A DNA stretch of 64,000 bases, taken from the NCBI GenBank assembly GCA_951406725.2, contig OX597822.1, positions 20,770,001-20,834,000 on the forward strand, in the 5' to 3' direction. The DNA comes from Octopus vulgaris (lineage: Eukaryota). A program made the translations under genes and the position numbers. The first letter of the stretch is position 1. Every line of letters starts with the position of its first letter. Below, one piece after another: positions 12,891 through 24,482 of this stretch. The notes under the pieces are model-generated. The model did no database searches. It was given only the letters and a program-made list of their open reading frames with translations, and was not told the DNA's origin.

Positions 12891-13513
12891 TTTCAATAAC
12901 AAAGTTTGGTACAAGTTCTTCTAGAATATATCACAACATATTTTTCCAGCCTTCTTCATTCTAGGGAGTAGAATCTTAACCATTTCTAACATTTTTAAAT
13001 AAGGAAACTCACCCCATTGAAAAAAATATAAAACAAAACCTAACCACTTATAACATTCTATTCCTTCTAAACCAAATCATGTTAAATTAATAAAACCTAG
13101 TCATTCCCAACATTTTTGATTATCTCCCTGATTACCTTCCCCTGTATGGAACTCCATATTTCACAACATAGTGAAGACATGACACAATATAGGTAAAGAA
13201 ATTTGAGAAATTTGAAAAGAAAATATGAAACCAGTTATTTCTCCCAAAACAATGCTACTATTTGCTAAATTTTATAACATTTTTCTGACATAATGCATTA
13301 AATATATTCTTTAACCATATAACATAAACCTTCTGTAGTTTCTTCACTCTGTTTTGTCTTTTATACATCATCCAACCATGTGCTTTCACATACCAACTCT
13401 CTCACCTATATATATAAATATATATGTATGTGTGTATTTGTACATATATGTATATGCATATATATATGTATGCCTATATATGTATATATATGTATGTGTG
13501 CATGTGTGTGTGC

Positions 13514-13568
<55 letters not shown>

Positions 13569-13600
13569 TATATGTACATATAAGAAAATAAGATGGCAAT

Positions 13601-13816
13601 GGAATAAATGAACTACATTAATTACAGCCGTTTCTGCTGTAAGATGCAGTGGACTCATAGCTGAGTGCCTGAGTAACACCTTATAGCTTCTTTGAAGCCT
13701 TGATTTATATTCAAGGTTTTAATGAAGGCATACGGTTGACTCAACTATTGAGTCCACCGCATCCTACAGCAGAAACAGCTGTAATTAGTGAAGTTCACAA
13801 GATAGTCATTTATTCC
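13601..13816. repeat. ~215-nt near-continuous inverted repeat, probably inverted Penelope pLTRs with a degenerate hammerhead
   Basis: Arms 13601-13666 and 13739-13816 are complementary, and the centre aagccttga-tttata-ttcaaggttt also pairs. The right half reads TTAATGA-aggc...tacagca-GAAAC-agctGTA. Confidence 0.8.
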
Positions 13817-14294
13817 TTCATCCTCTCACTTTCTTGTTACCACTCTGTACATAACAAATGCTTTGTTCTGATGCATATGCATATTGAATTCTGCACCAGG
13901 TTATTAGTTTCACAATGCCTAAGTGAAATATTAAAATGTATTTATACAAATGTATACTTGTACATTCATGTTGATGTGTGCAAACATAAATATGGTATAT
14001 AGGTGAATAATATATATGTGAAGTTGTATTAGGTCAAAGAATGCTAAATATTAAGTTATATTCCAATCAGACGGAATTGTTATATTACAATAATGTTTCT
14101 TAATTAATGAGTTATGTGAAAATAGGCTGCATTTGGATTAGTTTAAGAAATTAATTATTGTATTTCTAGTTGATTGACTGACAGAGATAGGGAACATTCA
14201 CTTACACTCATTCAAGAATGTGGAGCATCAATATTTCCTACTTAATATCTATATCATGGTCATGTGGTATCAATGTCATACTATTTTCAATTAA

Positions 14295-14506
14295 CCCTTT
14301 GGCATTTAAACTGGCCATATAAGGCTAAAATATTCTATCTGTTTTATGTTCAAACTGACCCTTTAGCAGACCTCTCACACCTACCCTAAAATGTCAATCT
14401 AAAAATAAACAGTCATATTTAAATTTCAAATCTACAAGATAATGTATGATTTATTCAAAACAAAGTGAATAAATAAGTTTTACAAAATAATCGGAATGCT
14501 AAAGGG
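14295..14506. mobile_element. piggyBac-type MITE
   Basis: TTAA on both sides (14291-14294, 14507-14510) and TIRs CCCTTTGGCATT / AATGCTAAAGGG. Confidence 0.85.
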
Positions 14507-15127
14507 TTAAAGGTTATCACAGGCATTTTGCCTTGTGCTTCTAGATAAAGTATGATAAAGGCTATTGTTTGAACTCCTCATCAACCCTGATCAAATCATC
14601 ACAGTTATGATTGACCAGTTTGCAGACTGAGACATATCAGTGTGATTAAGAAATATATATATATACTCATATCTTTTACCTTTCACTTGTTTCTGTGGCC
14701 AGGCTGGGGCGTTGGTGTGAAAAAGTTTTATTGAATGTATTGATCTCAGAGAACTTATTTCTTTTTTAAAGCCTGGTACTTATTTTATCAGTCTCTTTTG
14801 CTGAAACTCTAAGTCATGGAGACATAAACACATGGTGGGATCTCAGGTAAACAGACCGGCAGTTTGTGCCATTTTCCCATGCCAACATATGCCTTGCAGG
14901 TAAAATTTCCAGGTCCTTGAGCTCACTCCAAATTTCTTCTCTCCATAGGGTTTCAGATTTCATTGGATGCTCCATATTTGAGTTTTCTGTTTTATATTTG
15001 GTGGTTTGAGTATCCTTTTCCTTTTCCTCCCCTCCCTTCTTTATGTTTGTGCTTGTGTTCTTTCCTTCAGTATTTATATATATATGTATTGTTGTATCTA
15101 GGAATGGTCATTTTGCCAGTTTAGCCA

Positions 15128-15315
15128 ATAAGGCTAAAATATTCTACCTGTTTTATGTTCAAACTGACCCTTTAAGCAGACCTCTCCCACCCACCCTACA
15201 ATGTCAATCTAAAAATAAACAGTCATATCATTTAAATTTCAAAGCTACAAGATAATGTATGATTTATTCAAAACAAAGTGAATAAATAGGTTTTACAAAA
15301 TAATCAAAATGCTAT
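15128..15315 (+). repeat. Local near-identical partial duplicate of the piggyBac-type MITE
   Basis: Matches 14318-14500 closely, from ataaggctaaaatattcta to aaaataatc..aatgcta. Confidence 0.85.
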
Positions 15316-15349
15316 ATATTGTTCATGTGTTGCACTATCTATCTTTGTG

Positions 15350-15870
15350 GAATGTTGTTTTATGATATGTTCACTACAGAAGTATTGTGGAAAAAAATCT
15401 ACAAAATGTTCTCTCCATCTATCTATTCATTATTCCAGGAGGATCTTTAATAACTTCATTTCCATCTTTTGACTTCAAGGGAACATATGATAAAGACTGG
15501 GGTCCAAAAGCTTGCTGCAATAAATTATGAAAACTTTTAACGTGTTTCTTTTCATAGGCCACCTTACTTCCTCAGACAAATTTCTCCAAGTATCTTTAAG
15601 CCTCTTGAGTTCTTTTTGCCAGTCTGCTTTCTGAGACTTCTGAATCATATGAAGTCACATGAAAATCAAAATGTCCAGGGCTTGTGTCATATGTCACAAA
15701 ACTTGTAAGATAATATCAGGACTTAAAAGACATATGTCAGTTCACAAAACCATTCTTTTAGAATCAGATTTCAAGATGTAGAAGAAACTTGAATAATATT
15801 ACTTGTATTTTAAACCCTGTCAGTCAGCAGCTAGTCTTAAAAGTCATCTGAGGGCACATCAGTGGAGGAT
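15350..15870. mobile_element. RTE (BovB-like) LINE remnant with inverted 5' part
   Basis: Minus 15350-15640 gives FHNLLQQAFGPQSLSYVPLKSKDGNEVIKDPPGI..RWREHF. Plus 15680-15865 gives C2H2-like C-terminal motifs CVICHKTCKIISGLKRHMSVH and CQSAASLKSHLRAH. Confidence 0.7.
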
Positions 15871-17137
15871 TGTGCTGTGTGATGGGGTGTGGTGCACGTG
15901 TGTGTTGATGGGATGGCTATCATCTGTCAAGATGAACCATTCATCACATGTATGTATATATATTATATTATATTTGTGTGTGTGAGTGTTTCATTTTTGC
16001 ATGTGTGTATGGATATGGGTGTATATATAATTATAAGTACGTGCTTTTATGTGTCTGTCTGTATAAGCCTCTCTTTGTAGTTGATACTTCTTGAAAACAT
16101 ACTATGTTTATGACATGTAACTTAACAGTGCAAGGGAAGGGGATTGTTAAAATAAATAACAGATTTTAAAATGCAAATATTGTTGTCAGTGTGATGAAAC
16201 AAGGTCTCCTACACTATGGTGCTCTGGCATGACTACAGCCATATGACCAAAAGAAGAAACAAGTAAAAGTGTATATTTTGCGCTACATGGTGTTCTTTGT
16301 ATTTTAAAATTATAATTTGATGGAAATTTGGTTGCATTTCCAGCTCATGTATCATAAGGGTTTTGGCTGCCCTGCCAAGTTGCTGAATTGATTGGACCTT
16401 TCCTTAAATGTATCACACCTTCAACTAAAGTTTGCTCTACCCTTCCAGAGTGGTTGCTATGAGTAATCTGCACACCCTGTACACCCCATGCTATGCCGCT
16501 GCATATATTTTAACTGCATAGAAGCTTCCTTATTGGCTCACTTCAGAGAAGGTAGCTCAAAGAGATAACTATTCTCACTTTATCATGAACAGTGTAGTAT
16601 CACAAAGTATATGTAAAAAGGAAAAAGCACTTTGACCAACAATTAAGATAAATGCCATCATTACTACAAATGTTAAAATTGCATCATCATCTTCTCTAAA
16701 GTTAATATCTTTACCTAGCTTCTATCAAAAGATATCTACTTACTGTGTCAACCATCTATTATCAGCTTTGAAGTTCATTCTATAAAATCTTGCTACTCCC
16801 AATCTCTGCTTCCTCAAAGATATCTGCCAATTACTAACCACTCTTTGATATTTCAAATTCAATAATAATTTCTTCATAGATTATTAAATTAAGTAATTGA
16901 CAATAATCATAGTTACATGACGTTCTCATGGGCATTGCATCATGCCTACTGTGTGATGTGAACTTGTAAGCCATCACACAGCTACAACACTGATACTGCA
17001 ATTCACTCTTAATTCAAATGAATATATGCTTTCTCATACCTTACTGTATTTTGGGCAAATAGAATTAAGTAACATTACCATCAAAATATATGCAGTAGAA
17101 TATGAATTCATGACCTCTAGCAGTACTTTCTAACCTT

Positions 17138-17370
17138 TTAACCATTTTTGCTACCATATATATGTAGAAATACACTTGCCTTTGTTTCAATTAGTTTGAA
17201 GAGAAAGAATTTACTTAAATAACTTTGTCATTATAAAGCTGGTATTTGAAATATAAAATAACAGGAAATTTTGATGGAAAATTTTAATTTAGATTATGAT
17301 AAAACAGGATGTTTGTATCTTAGAACTATTGTGGGTGGGGTCATAGGCAGGTTGGTATCAGAAAAGTTAG
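17138..17370. mobile_element. Degenerate piggyBac-type MITE (second family)
   Basis: ttaa-ccatttttgctacc at the left and ggtatcagaaaag-ttag at the right form imperfect TIRs with TTAA-like flanks. Confidence 0.45.
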
Positions 17371-17819
17371 ATAGCAACATTCATTTGTTTCACTAAAAAT
17401 GAGATGGAAAGTTATAAATATCTGTATTTTTAAAATTAAGCACCATACAGCAATTAAATAGAGTATATTTAGGTTCATGTTGGAGTATGCATGCATTGTT
17501 AAAATAGATAATTAATATTTGATTTTAACCAGCAAATAATGCTAATGAGATATAAGCACAAGCACGGCTATGTGGCTAAGAAATTCACTTTGCAATCACA
17601 TGGTTTTGGGTTCAGTCCTTTGTTTGGCATGTTGGGTTAGTGTCTCTTATTGTAGTCCTAAGCTGACCGATACCTTGTGAATGAATCTGGTTAATAAAAC
17701 TGTGCAGTAGTCCACTGTATACGTTTGTGAGTGTGTGTGTGTGTGTGTGATGTATATGTGTGTGTATATAAATATGTGTGCTTAGTTGATCATGTGACAG
17801 AAGCATAGGATAAAATTGA

Positions 17820-18350
17820 AAATGGAGTGAAAGGCGATGTATTTTCATCTTTTGATGCACTTTTATTTCCTGAAAGGAAAATAATACTGCACAAGCAACA
17901 AAGAAGATATGTGCGTTTTATGGAGCTGGTACCATAGCTAACAGTACTATTCACAAGTGGTTCACTTGAAAAATTTTGATCGGAAAGACCGTGCATGTTC
18001 AGGCAGGTCTATAGTCATTGATAGTGACCAAAACGAGACTTTAATCAAAAATAATCATGGTCACACAATGTTAGACAGTGCAGAGATACTCCATACACCT
18101 CATATGAGTGTTAAAATATATTTGAAAACACTTGTCTATGTGAATCATTATAATGTTTGGTGCCTCATAATTTAACGGAAATCATTTTAATGGAGCACAT
18201 TTCCATCTACAATTTTCTACTCAAATGAAACAAAAATTATTCATTTTTCAAAAGAATGATGATAGCTGATTTAAAAAATAGATTGTTTAAATAATAGGGG
18301 TAAAAAAGGACATGGAGAAAAGGAATTGAAGTACATTCAACCATCCCAAA
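17820..18350 (+). mobile_element. Mariner transposase 5' remnant
   Basis: NTAQATKKICAFYGAGTIANSTIHKWF, DRACSGRSIVIDSDQNETLIKNN and YNVWCLI (VWVPH-like). Stops and frameshifts present. Confidence 0.8.
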
Positions 18351-18470
18351 ACTGGAGCAATGTGAAACAAAGTGTCTTGCTCCAGAACACAATATACAGC
18401 CTGGTCCAAAAATTGAACTCACCCTCTTGCGATTGTGAACCTGATACTCTAACCATGGAGCTATGCACTT
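18350..18470 (-). mobile_element. CORE-type SINE 5' half
   Basis: Matches 9660-9775 (actggagcaa...gtgtcttgctc..gaacacaa..tctaaccat). Confidence 0.75.
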
Positions 18471-18581
18471 TATAGTTGCAAAATCAATGGTCACTCTGTA
18501 ACTGGTCATAAGAATCAACCTTCTAAATATAACTACTCTAATATTTTAGTGAGTGATTCTTTTCAAATATAAGAACTGATG

Positions 18582-18643
<62 letters not shown>

Positions 18644-19354
18644 CGCACTCATAAATCAAACTATTAGTGATGGGGTTTCCTTTTCCTGGTGCAAAAGCAT
18701 TGATCTTGAGGAAGTCAGTCAATAAGAACATTCTTTGTGTCACTTTGATGACATTACTGAAGTTGTGGCCATCTTCTTTGTCTTTTCTGGTATTAACAAT
18801 GACTGAGTAAAAATACTAGAAAAGAGCATTTTGCACACAAAGTACAATTATGATAGAGTTTTACATGTGTAATATAGTGTGTTGAAAATCTTCGATCAAC
18901 TGAGAATATCCAAGCAATTAGTAGACAAAAACTTCCTTTATAAATTTTTATAGTTATTTTTTTATAAATCTAAAACCAACAAGTAAGGGATTTTAATATG
19001 TTTATCACTTTCCTTTCCTCTATGTAGTGTCATAAGATAATCAGTCTACAAATTAAAACATTATGCAATTAATATGCACTTTTTATATAGCACAAGATGA
19101 AAATTATTGCCCAACTAATTATTTCTTGCATAATACCTTATCTCAGAACTATTACTAAAATTCAATTAAAGTTGTTTTCCTTTTGAGTTAATAAAAATTC
19201 AAATTATAGTTAGTTGAATATTCAGTTTCATATATTAGCTTGTATACTTTATGCTATATTTCACCTGTCTTTTCAGCTTCTAGTTTATCATAAAAGGTGA
19301 AAAAAAATCCCCAAAACAAAATAGAAACATACTCACTTTTATATTATTTGATGT

Positions 19355-19831
19355 TGTTGTTATTATTATTATTATTATTATTCAGGTCTTGGGGTTAGTA
19401 GCCTGCACTCTTAACCACTACGCCATATGCCCATGGGCAATTATGGAATGAATTTTAGGGCTTATAAATTTAACGTTCTCTATCCTTCCCTAATACCAGT
19501 TACCATATCCCGGTCATATCGGCACTCTGTCTGCTTAGGAAGTTGTTGTGTCCTAGCATATGCGCTGCTTCTTTTAGTTTTCGTATTTTTGGTGGTGTTC
19601 TCTTTCTATTATTTTAACTTCATCCCACAGGGGGAGATGATCTCCATTTTTCCATACATGATCAGCTATACCCGATTTACCAATATCTCCCTGTATCACA
19701 GCTTTGCGATATTCCTCTATCTATATTTTGAGGGGGCAGCTTGTTTCGCCTTTGTATAACCTACCACAGCTGCATGGGATGGAGTACACGCAGTTCTTAG
19801 TCATATTCTCTTCTGTTCGTGGTTTTACTTG
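19355..19831 (-). mobile_element. Penelope-like element 3' end: GIY-YIG endonuclease remnant (19470-19831), tRNA-like segment and (AAT)n
   Basis: Minus-strand translation QVKPRTEENMTKNCVYSIPCSCGRLYKGETSCPLKI*IEEYRKAVIQGDIGKSGIADHVWKNGDHLPLWDEVKIIERE...RKLKEAAHM is the PLE GIY-YIG domain (VY-x-I-P-C-x-C...Y-x-G-E-T; H; R-x-x-x-E). Confidence 0.92.
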
Positions 19832-19840
19832 CAGGAGTGA

Positions 19841-19932
<92 letters not shown>

Positions 19933-20080
19933 ACAACAACAACAACAAATACCTTTGGAATGAGAACTCAGGTTCAAAATTTCCCCAAGACATCTGATGA
20001 AGGCTGGCGGTTATATCAGCCAAAACATTGTTAACAACAAACAAGATGAGGACAAATATCCATCAATTGTAAATAATGTA

Positions 20081-21056
20081 AACCATCATCATCATCATCA
20101 TCATCATCGTTTAACGTCCGCTTTCCATGTTAGCATGGGTTGGACGGTTCAACTGGGGTCTGGCAAGCCCGAAGGCTGCACCAGGCCAGTCAGATCTGGC
20201 AGTGTTTCTACAGCTGGATGCCCTTCCTAACGCCAACCACTCCGGGAGTGTAGTGGGTGATTTTATGTGCCACCGACACAGGTGCCAGACGAGGCTGGCA
20301 GACAGCCACGCTCGGATGGTGTTTTTTATGTGCCACCGACACAGGTGCCAGACGAGGCTGGCAGACGGCCACGCTCGGATGGTGTTTTTTATGTGCCACC
20401 GACACAGGTGCCAGACGAGGCTGGCAGATGGCCACGCTCGGATGGTGTTTTCTTATGTGTCACTGACACAGGTGCCAGACGAGGCTGGCGAACGGCCACG
20501 CTCGGATGGTGTTTGTTATGTGCCCTCAGCACGGAGGCCAGTCGATGCGGTACTGGCTACGGTCACGTTCGGATGGTTTTCTTATGTGCCACCGGCACTG
20601 GTACCACAAGGATACAAATTCCATTGATGTTCATCTATTTTGGTTTGATTTGATTTGATTTGATTTTCACTTGCCTCAACAGGTCTTCACAAGTGTCACA
20701 AGAAGGAAGGTATGCACAGGAGGACTGACTACGTCCCAGGTAGGGGCCACGGGTTATGGCTTCACTAGTCTTGCCGGGTCTTCTCACGCACAGCATACTT
20801 CCATAGGTCTCGGTCTCTAGTCATTTCCATGGTGAGACCTAACGTCCGAAGGTCGTGCTTCACCACCTCGTCCCAGGTTTTCCTGGGTCTACCTCTTCCA
20901 CGGGTTCCCTCAACTGCTAGGGATTGGCACTTTCTCACACACCTATCTTCATCCATTCTCGCCACATGACCATACCAGCACAATCGTCTCTCTTGCACAC
21001 CACAACTGATGCTTCTTAGGTACAACATTTCTCTCAAGGTACTAACGCTCTGTCGA
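20081..21056 (-). mobile_element. 5'-truncated RTE-clade LINE, relatively young
   Basis: ORF end VQERRLCWYGHVARMDEDRCVRKC..VEGTRGRGRPRKTWDEVVKHDL..DRDLW, an (ATG)n tail at 20084-20108, a candidate TSD aatgta and retained CpGs. Confidence 0.92.
20261..20600. repeat. 63-bp tandem minisatellite (~5 units) in the RTE 3' UTR
   Basis: tatgtg recurs at 20264, 20327, 20390, 20454, 20517 and 20583. The first four units contain the hairpin TGCCAG-acgagg-CTGGC. Confidence 0.95.
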
Positions 21057-21221
21057 AATGTACATAATTCCTCATCTCTTAAATATGGAACAGAAATGTC
21101 ATTATTGTAAAATAATGTCAAGCTGGAGTATTGTAAAAACTGTTTGAAAAATATCTGGGTTATGTATTGAGTCCACCAGTCACATACATGTGTATATAAA
21201 CATGGACACAGTATTATTTAT

Positions 21222-21908
21222 TTGAAGTCTTAAAAAACTGCAAGTTGCTGATTGAGGTAAAAGCCTTTGGGCAGACATAAGGGTGTCAAGAGGAAGAAAG
21301 GCAAGTGAGTAGATGGATCTAGGTGGAAGTGGTAGGTGACCAGCTAGATCCAAGAAGTAAATGCCACTCTAGTAGTGAGGTGAAAGCACATCTATGAACT
21401 AGAGGCTTAAGTGTGTTTGTGAGTAGCTGCATGCAAATCAGATAACTAGCTAGGATGCTGTCATTCTAACAATTCAAACCAGTATCAGAATCTATAGGAC
21501 CCTATAACTACTGTTTATTTGTTTTCCAGTTGTTTTAATTCGTATATTTCCATACCAACATAGTTTGACATACCAAGATAGTTATAGGGTCCTGTAGATT
21601 CAGATACTGGTTTGAAGTGTTAGAATGACAGCATTATAGCTAGTTATCTGTGTTGTTAGAAAAGAATCATAGACTGATTTGCATACAGCTACTTACTAAC
21701 ACATCTAAGCCTATGGTCCATAGATGTGCTTTCACCTCACTACTAGAGTGGCATCTGCTTCTTGTATCTAGCTGGTCTCCTACCACTTCCACCAAGATCC
21801 ATCTACTCACTTGCCTTTCTTCCTCTTGCCATCATTATGTTTACCCACCCACAGGCACTCCTAGGTCTTTTATCTCAATCAGCAACTTGCAATTTTTCAA
21901 GACTTCAA
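21222..21908. repeat. Long fold-back inverted repeat (arms ~290 and ~330 bp, 68-bp loop)
   Basis: 21222-21510 is the reverse complement of 21579-21908, at about 90% identity in a 56-nt segment compared by eye, with two insertions in the right arm. Confidence 0.95.
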
Positions 21909-23253
21909 TCATAACTATCTCATTGATCTTGGGGGACCTTTGAAGTCACAGTCATGGACACTTTGTACAAATAAAACCATTAAAATAAAAATTAAAGTAA
22001 AAATTCAGGCTAACATAAAAAGGATGTCTTATGTATTGCAGAGGAAAATGGCTATAAACAATTTGCATAACCCATGAAGAATGAAAGGCGAATTCAGCTT
22101 CACAGCTCTGATTAAAACTGAAAGCTAACTGTGAAGCTGAGCTGGATACTGTGAATATTTATTATTGTCCTCTAACATTGTTTCAGATCCACAACACTTG
22201 AGTCCAATACTCCAATAGAATACGTATTATCTAAATGTAAAATGCCAGAGCAGTAGCAACTTATGACATCAGTAATTGAGAGAACCATTATACTTCTAGC
22301 TATATCACTAAATACATGATTATTTACTGAAAATAATATTTCAAGTTGGTAACTACTGCAATATAAATTATTAAAATCATAGATGGATTATTCCAGAAAA
22401 CAAAGATAAAGAAAGAGCAAAAAATATTTGAAAAAATTAGATATGACAGCAGTGAAATGAATAATCTTGTCATGATCTTTAGCAATCAGTATATAAGTTC
22501 TCACTTCCTCAGCATACTTAGCACTATAACCTCACTGCATCCAATGAAGTAAATGAATAAATAAATAATGTAACAGCCATATTGGTTCAAGATATATATT
22601 TTTTTTTTTCATAGAACCATTCAGTACTTCCAGTAAAATCTTCTGTTAATTTTCTTTTTCAAGTCATGACACATGTATGAAAGTAATAATGAATGATTAA
22701 CTTTTAGATTTTGTATATTTTATTTTTATATTCCATTTATTATTGTTGAATGGGTGGGTGGAACGTTAAAAGAGTAAAATAAACCAAAAAAATTAAGTGT
22801 CTGGAAGAAAATGACTTCATAATAGTGAGTTGTGTAATTAATTAACTATGAATACTAATTTCAAATTAACTGAATAGCATTGATTATGAATTTCTCTTTA
22901 TGATTTTTCAAGCATTTGGCATACTCTAAATATGAAATAAAATGACTATGAAGTCAAGATGAAAGCTATATGGTGTATAAACGAATACTATAACCATTAA
23001 ATGTTTTTGACTTTTCTACATGTCCATGTCAACGAGTTTGAGTTAAATTGAAGCAAATACTTCTTTGTTTATATTCTTTTACTAATTCCAGCTATTGGAG
23101 TGAGTCCATATCAGGACATCACCATCAAGTGTTTTAGTCTATCATATCAACTCTGATGTTTATTTTACTGATATTTATTTATTGGCCACGTTACCTTTCT
23201 TGAGTAAATGGATGCAACTTAACACTCACTGTTTTATAGTGGAATACACATGT

Positions 23254-23289
<36 letters not shown>

Positions 23290-23459
23290 GCACGCATGCA
23301 CCCACACACACACACACACAAAATGGCTGTTATATCTAGGGCCAGTCTCAGGAGGTGTGTGGCCTAATTGGGAACAATTTTGGTGGACCCTAGGTTCCAA
23401 GTCAACTTGCACCAAGGTCTATAAAATTATAAAAATATATAAATTGTTAATTGTTTGAT

Positions 23460-24008
23460 CTTGGTCGAAGTTTTTCTCGTTTGAAAAAAACCAAATCAAA
23501 TCTTCTGCTGGATTTTTCAGTTTGTTTAAGAACCTTTTAGATCTGATGTAGTGAATTTCTTTTGCTTTTTCTGACAAATTGACCTTGCCTCATCATATAA
23601 GACTTATATCTGATGCCTTCGTGAACAACATTTCTGACTGATCCTTCTGACACATGGAGATCTTTTGCAATTGACCCCATGGACTTTTTGCAATTGTAGT
23701 TAATGGTCTGTTGAACTTGCTGGATAAATTCAGGTGTTCTGATGATTTCAGAGCATTTAGAATGCTTTTTATGCTTTGATACTGGTGATATGTTTCCATC
23801 TTCAGTCTCTAATTCCTTACGAACTTTGTAGATGAAAGATCTGGCAACTTTTAAAAATTGTGATATTTCTAAATCACTATACTCAGCCTTTATAACCACA
23901 ATAACAGCATGCCTCTTCATTTCTTGAGTAAGCTGATGGTCTGCCATTACTATTTTCTGAAAGAAAGATTATAAAGAGTTAGCAAAAAATGCCTCAAATA
24001 CCTTACGC

Positions 24009-24013
<5 letters not shown>
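23460..24013 (-). mobile_element. IS630-Tc1-mariner (maT-like) transposase 5' remnant
   Basis: ORF 23537-23947 QEMKRHAVIV..SDLEISQFLKVARSFIYKVRKEL..KSMGSIAKDLHVSEGSVRNVVHEGIRYKSY has two HTH motifs. Terminus tagggtgcgtaagg abuts (TA)n. Confidence 0.85.
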
Positions 24014-24060
<47 letters not shown>

Positions 24061-24174
24061 GTGGACAAGTTGCATGGCGTTTGATTACAAAAATAAATAA
24101 AAGATACACAGGACATCACCAACAAGTGAAGAATATATAAACATACAGAGATAAGATCTGTATGTAATGTGTAT

Positions 24175-24482
24175 TTTTTCTGGTTCAGACCCACTGTGTT
24201 GCACCTTGGGCAAGTGTTTTCTATTATAGCCTCGAGCTGACCAAAGCCTTGTGAGTGGATTTGGTAGGGGGAAACTGAAAGTAGCCTGTCGTATATATAT
24301 ATGTTTGTGTGTCTGTGTTTGTCCCCACCATCGCTTGACAACCGATGTTTGAATATTTACATCCCTGTAACTTAGCAGTTTGGCAAAAGAGACCGATAAA
24401 ATAAGTACTAAGGTCGGTTTGTTCAACTAAAGGTGGTGCTCTAGCATGGCCACAGTCAAATGACTGAAATAAGTAAAAGAAT
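24175..24482 (+). mobile_element. tRNA/CORE-type SINE, 5'-truncated
   Basis: Same family as 28615-29010, with tail ggtgctctagcatggccacagtcaaatgactgaaat. Confidence 0.9.

Larger units (their letters stand above)
19832..21095 (+). mobile_element. Inverted pLTR of the Penelope-like element, with hammerhead motif at 19988-20032, interrupted by an RTE insertion
   Basis: caggagtgacctg-(AAT)n...agacat-CTGATGA-aggctg-gcggttatat-cagcc-AAAAC. Homologous to 445-606. Interrupted at aatgta (20075-20080) and apparently resuming at aatgta (21057-21062). Confidence 0.8.

Noticed and set aside
15680-15865. Host C2H2 zinc-finger gene
   Set aside because: It contains stops, lacks TGEKP linkers and adjoins RTE sequence, so it is better explained as a LINE C-terminus.
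20261-20600. CRISPR-like or coding interpretation of the regular repeats
   Set aside because: Units are whole tandem duplicates without unique spacers, lie in a LINE 3' UTR in eukaryotic DNA, and have no cas genes nearby.
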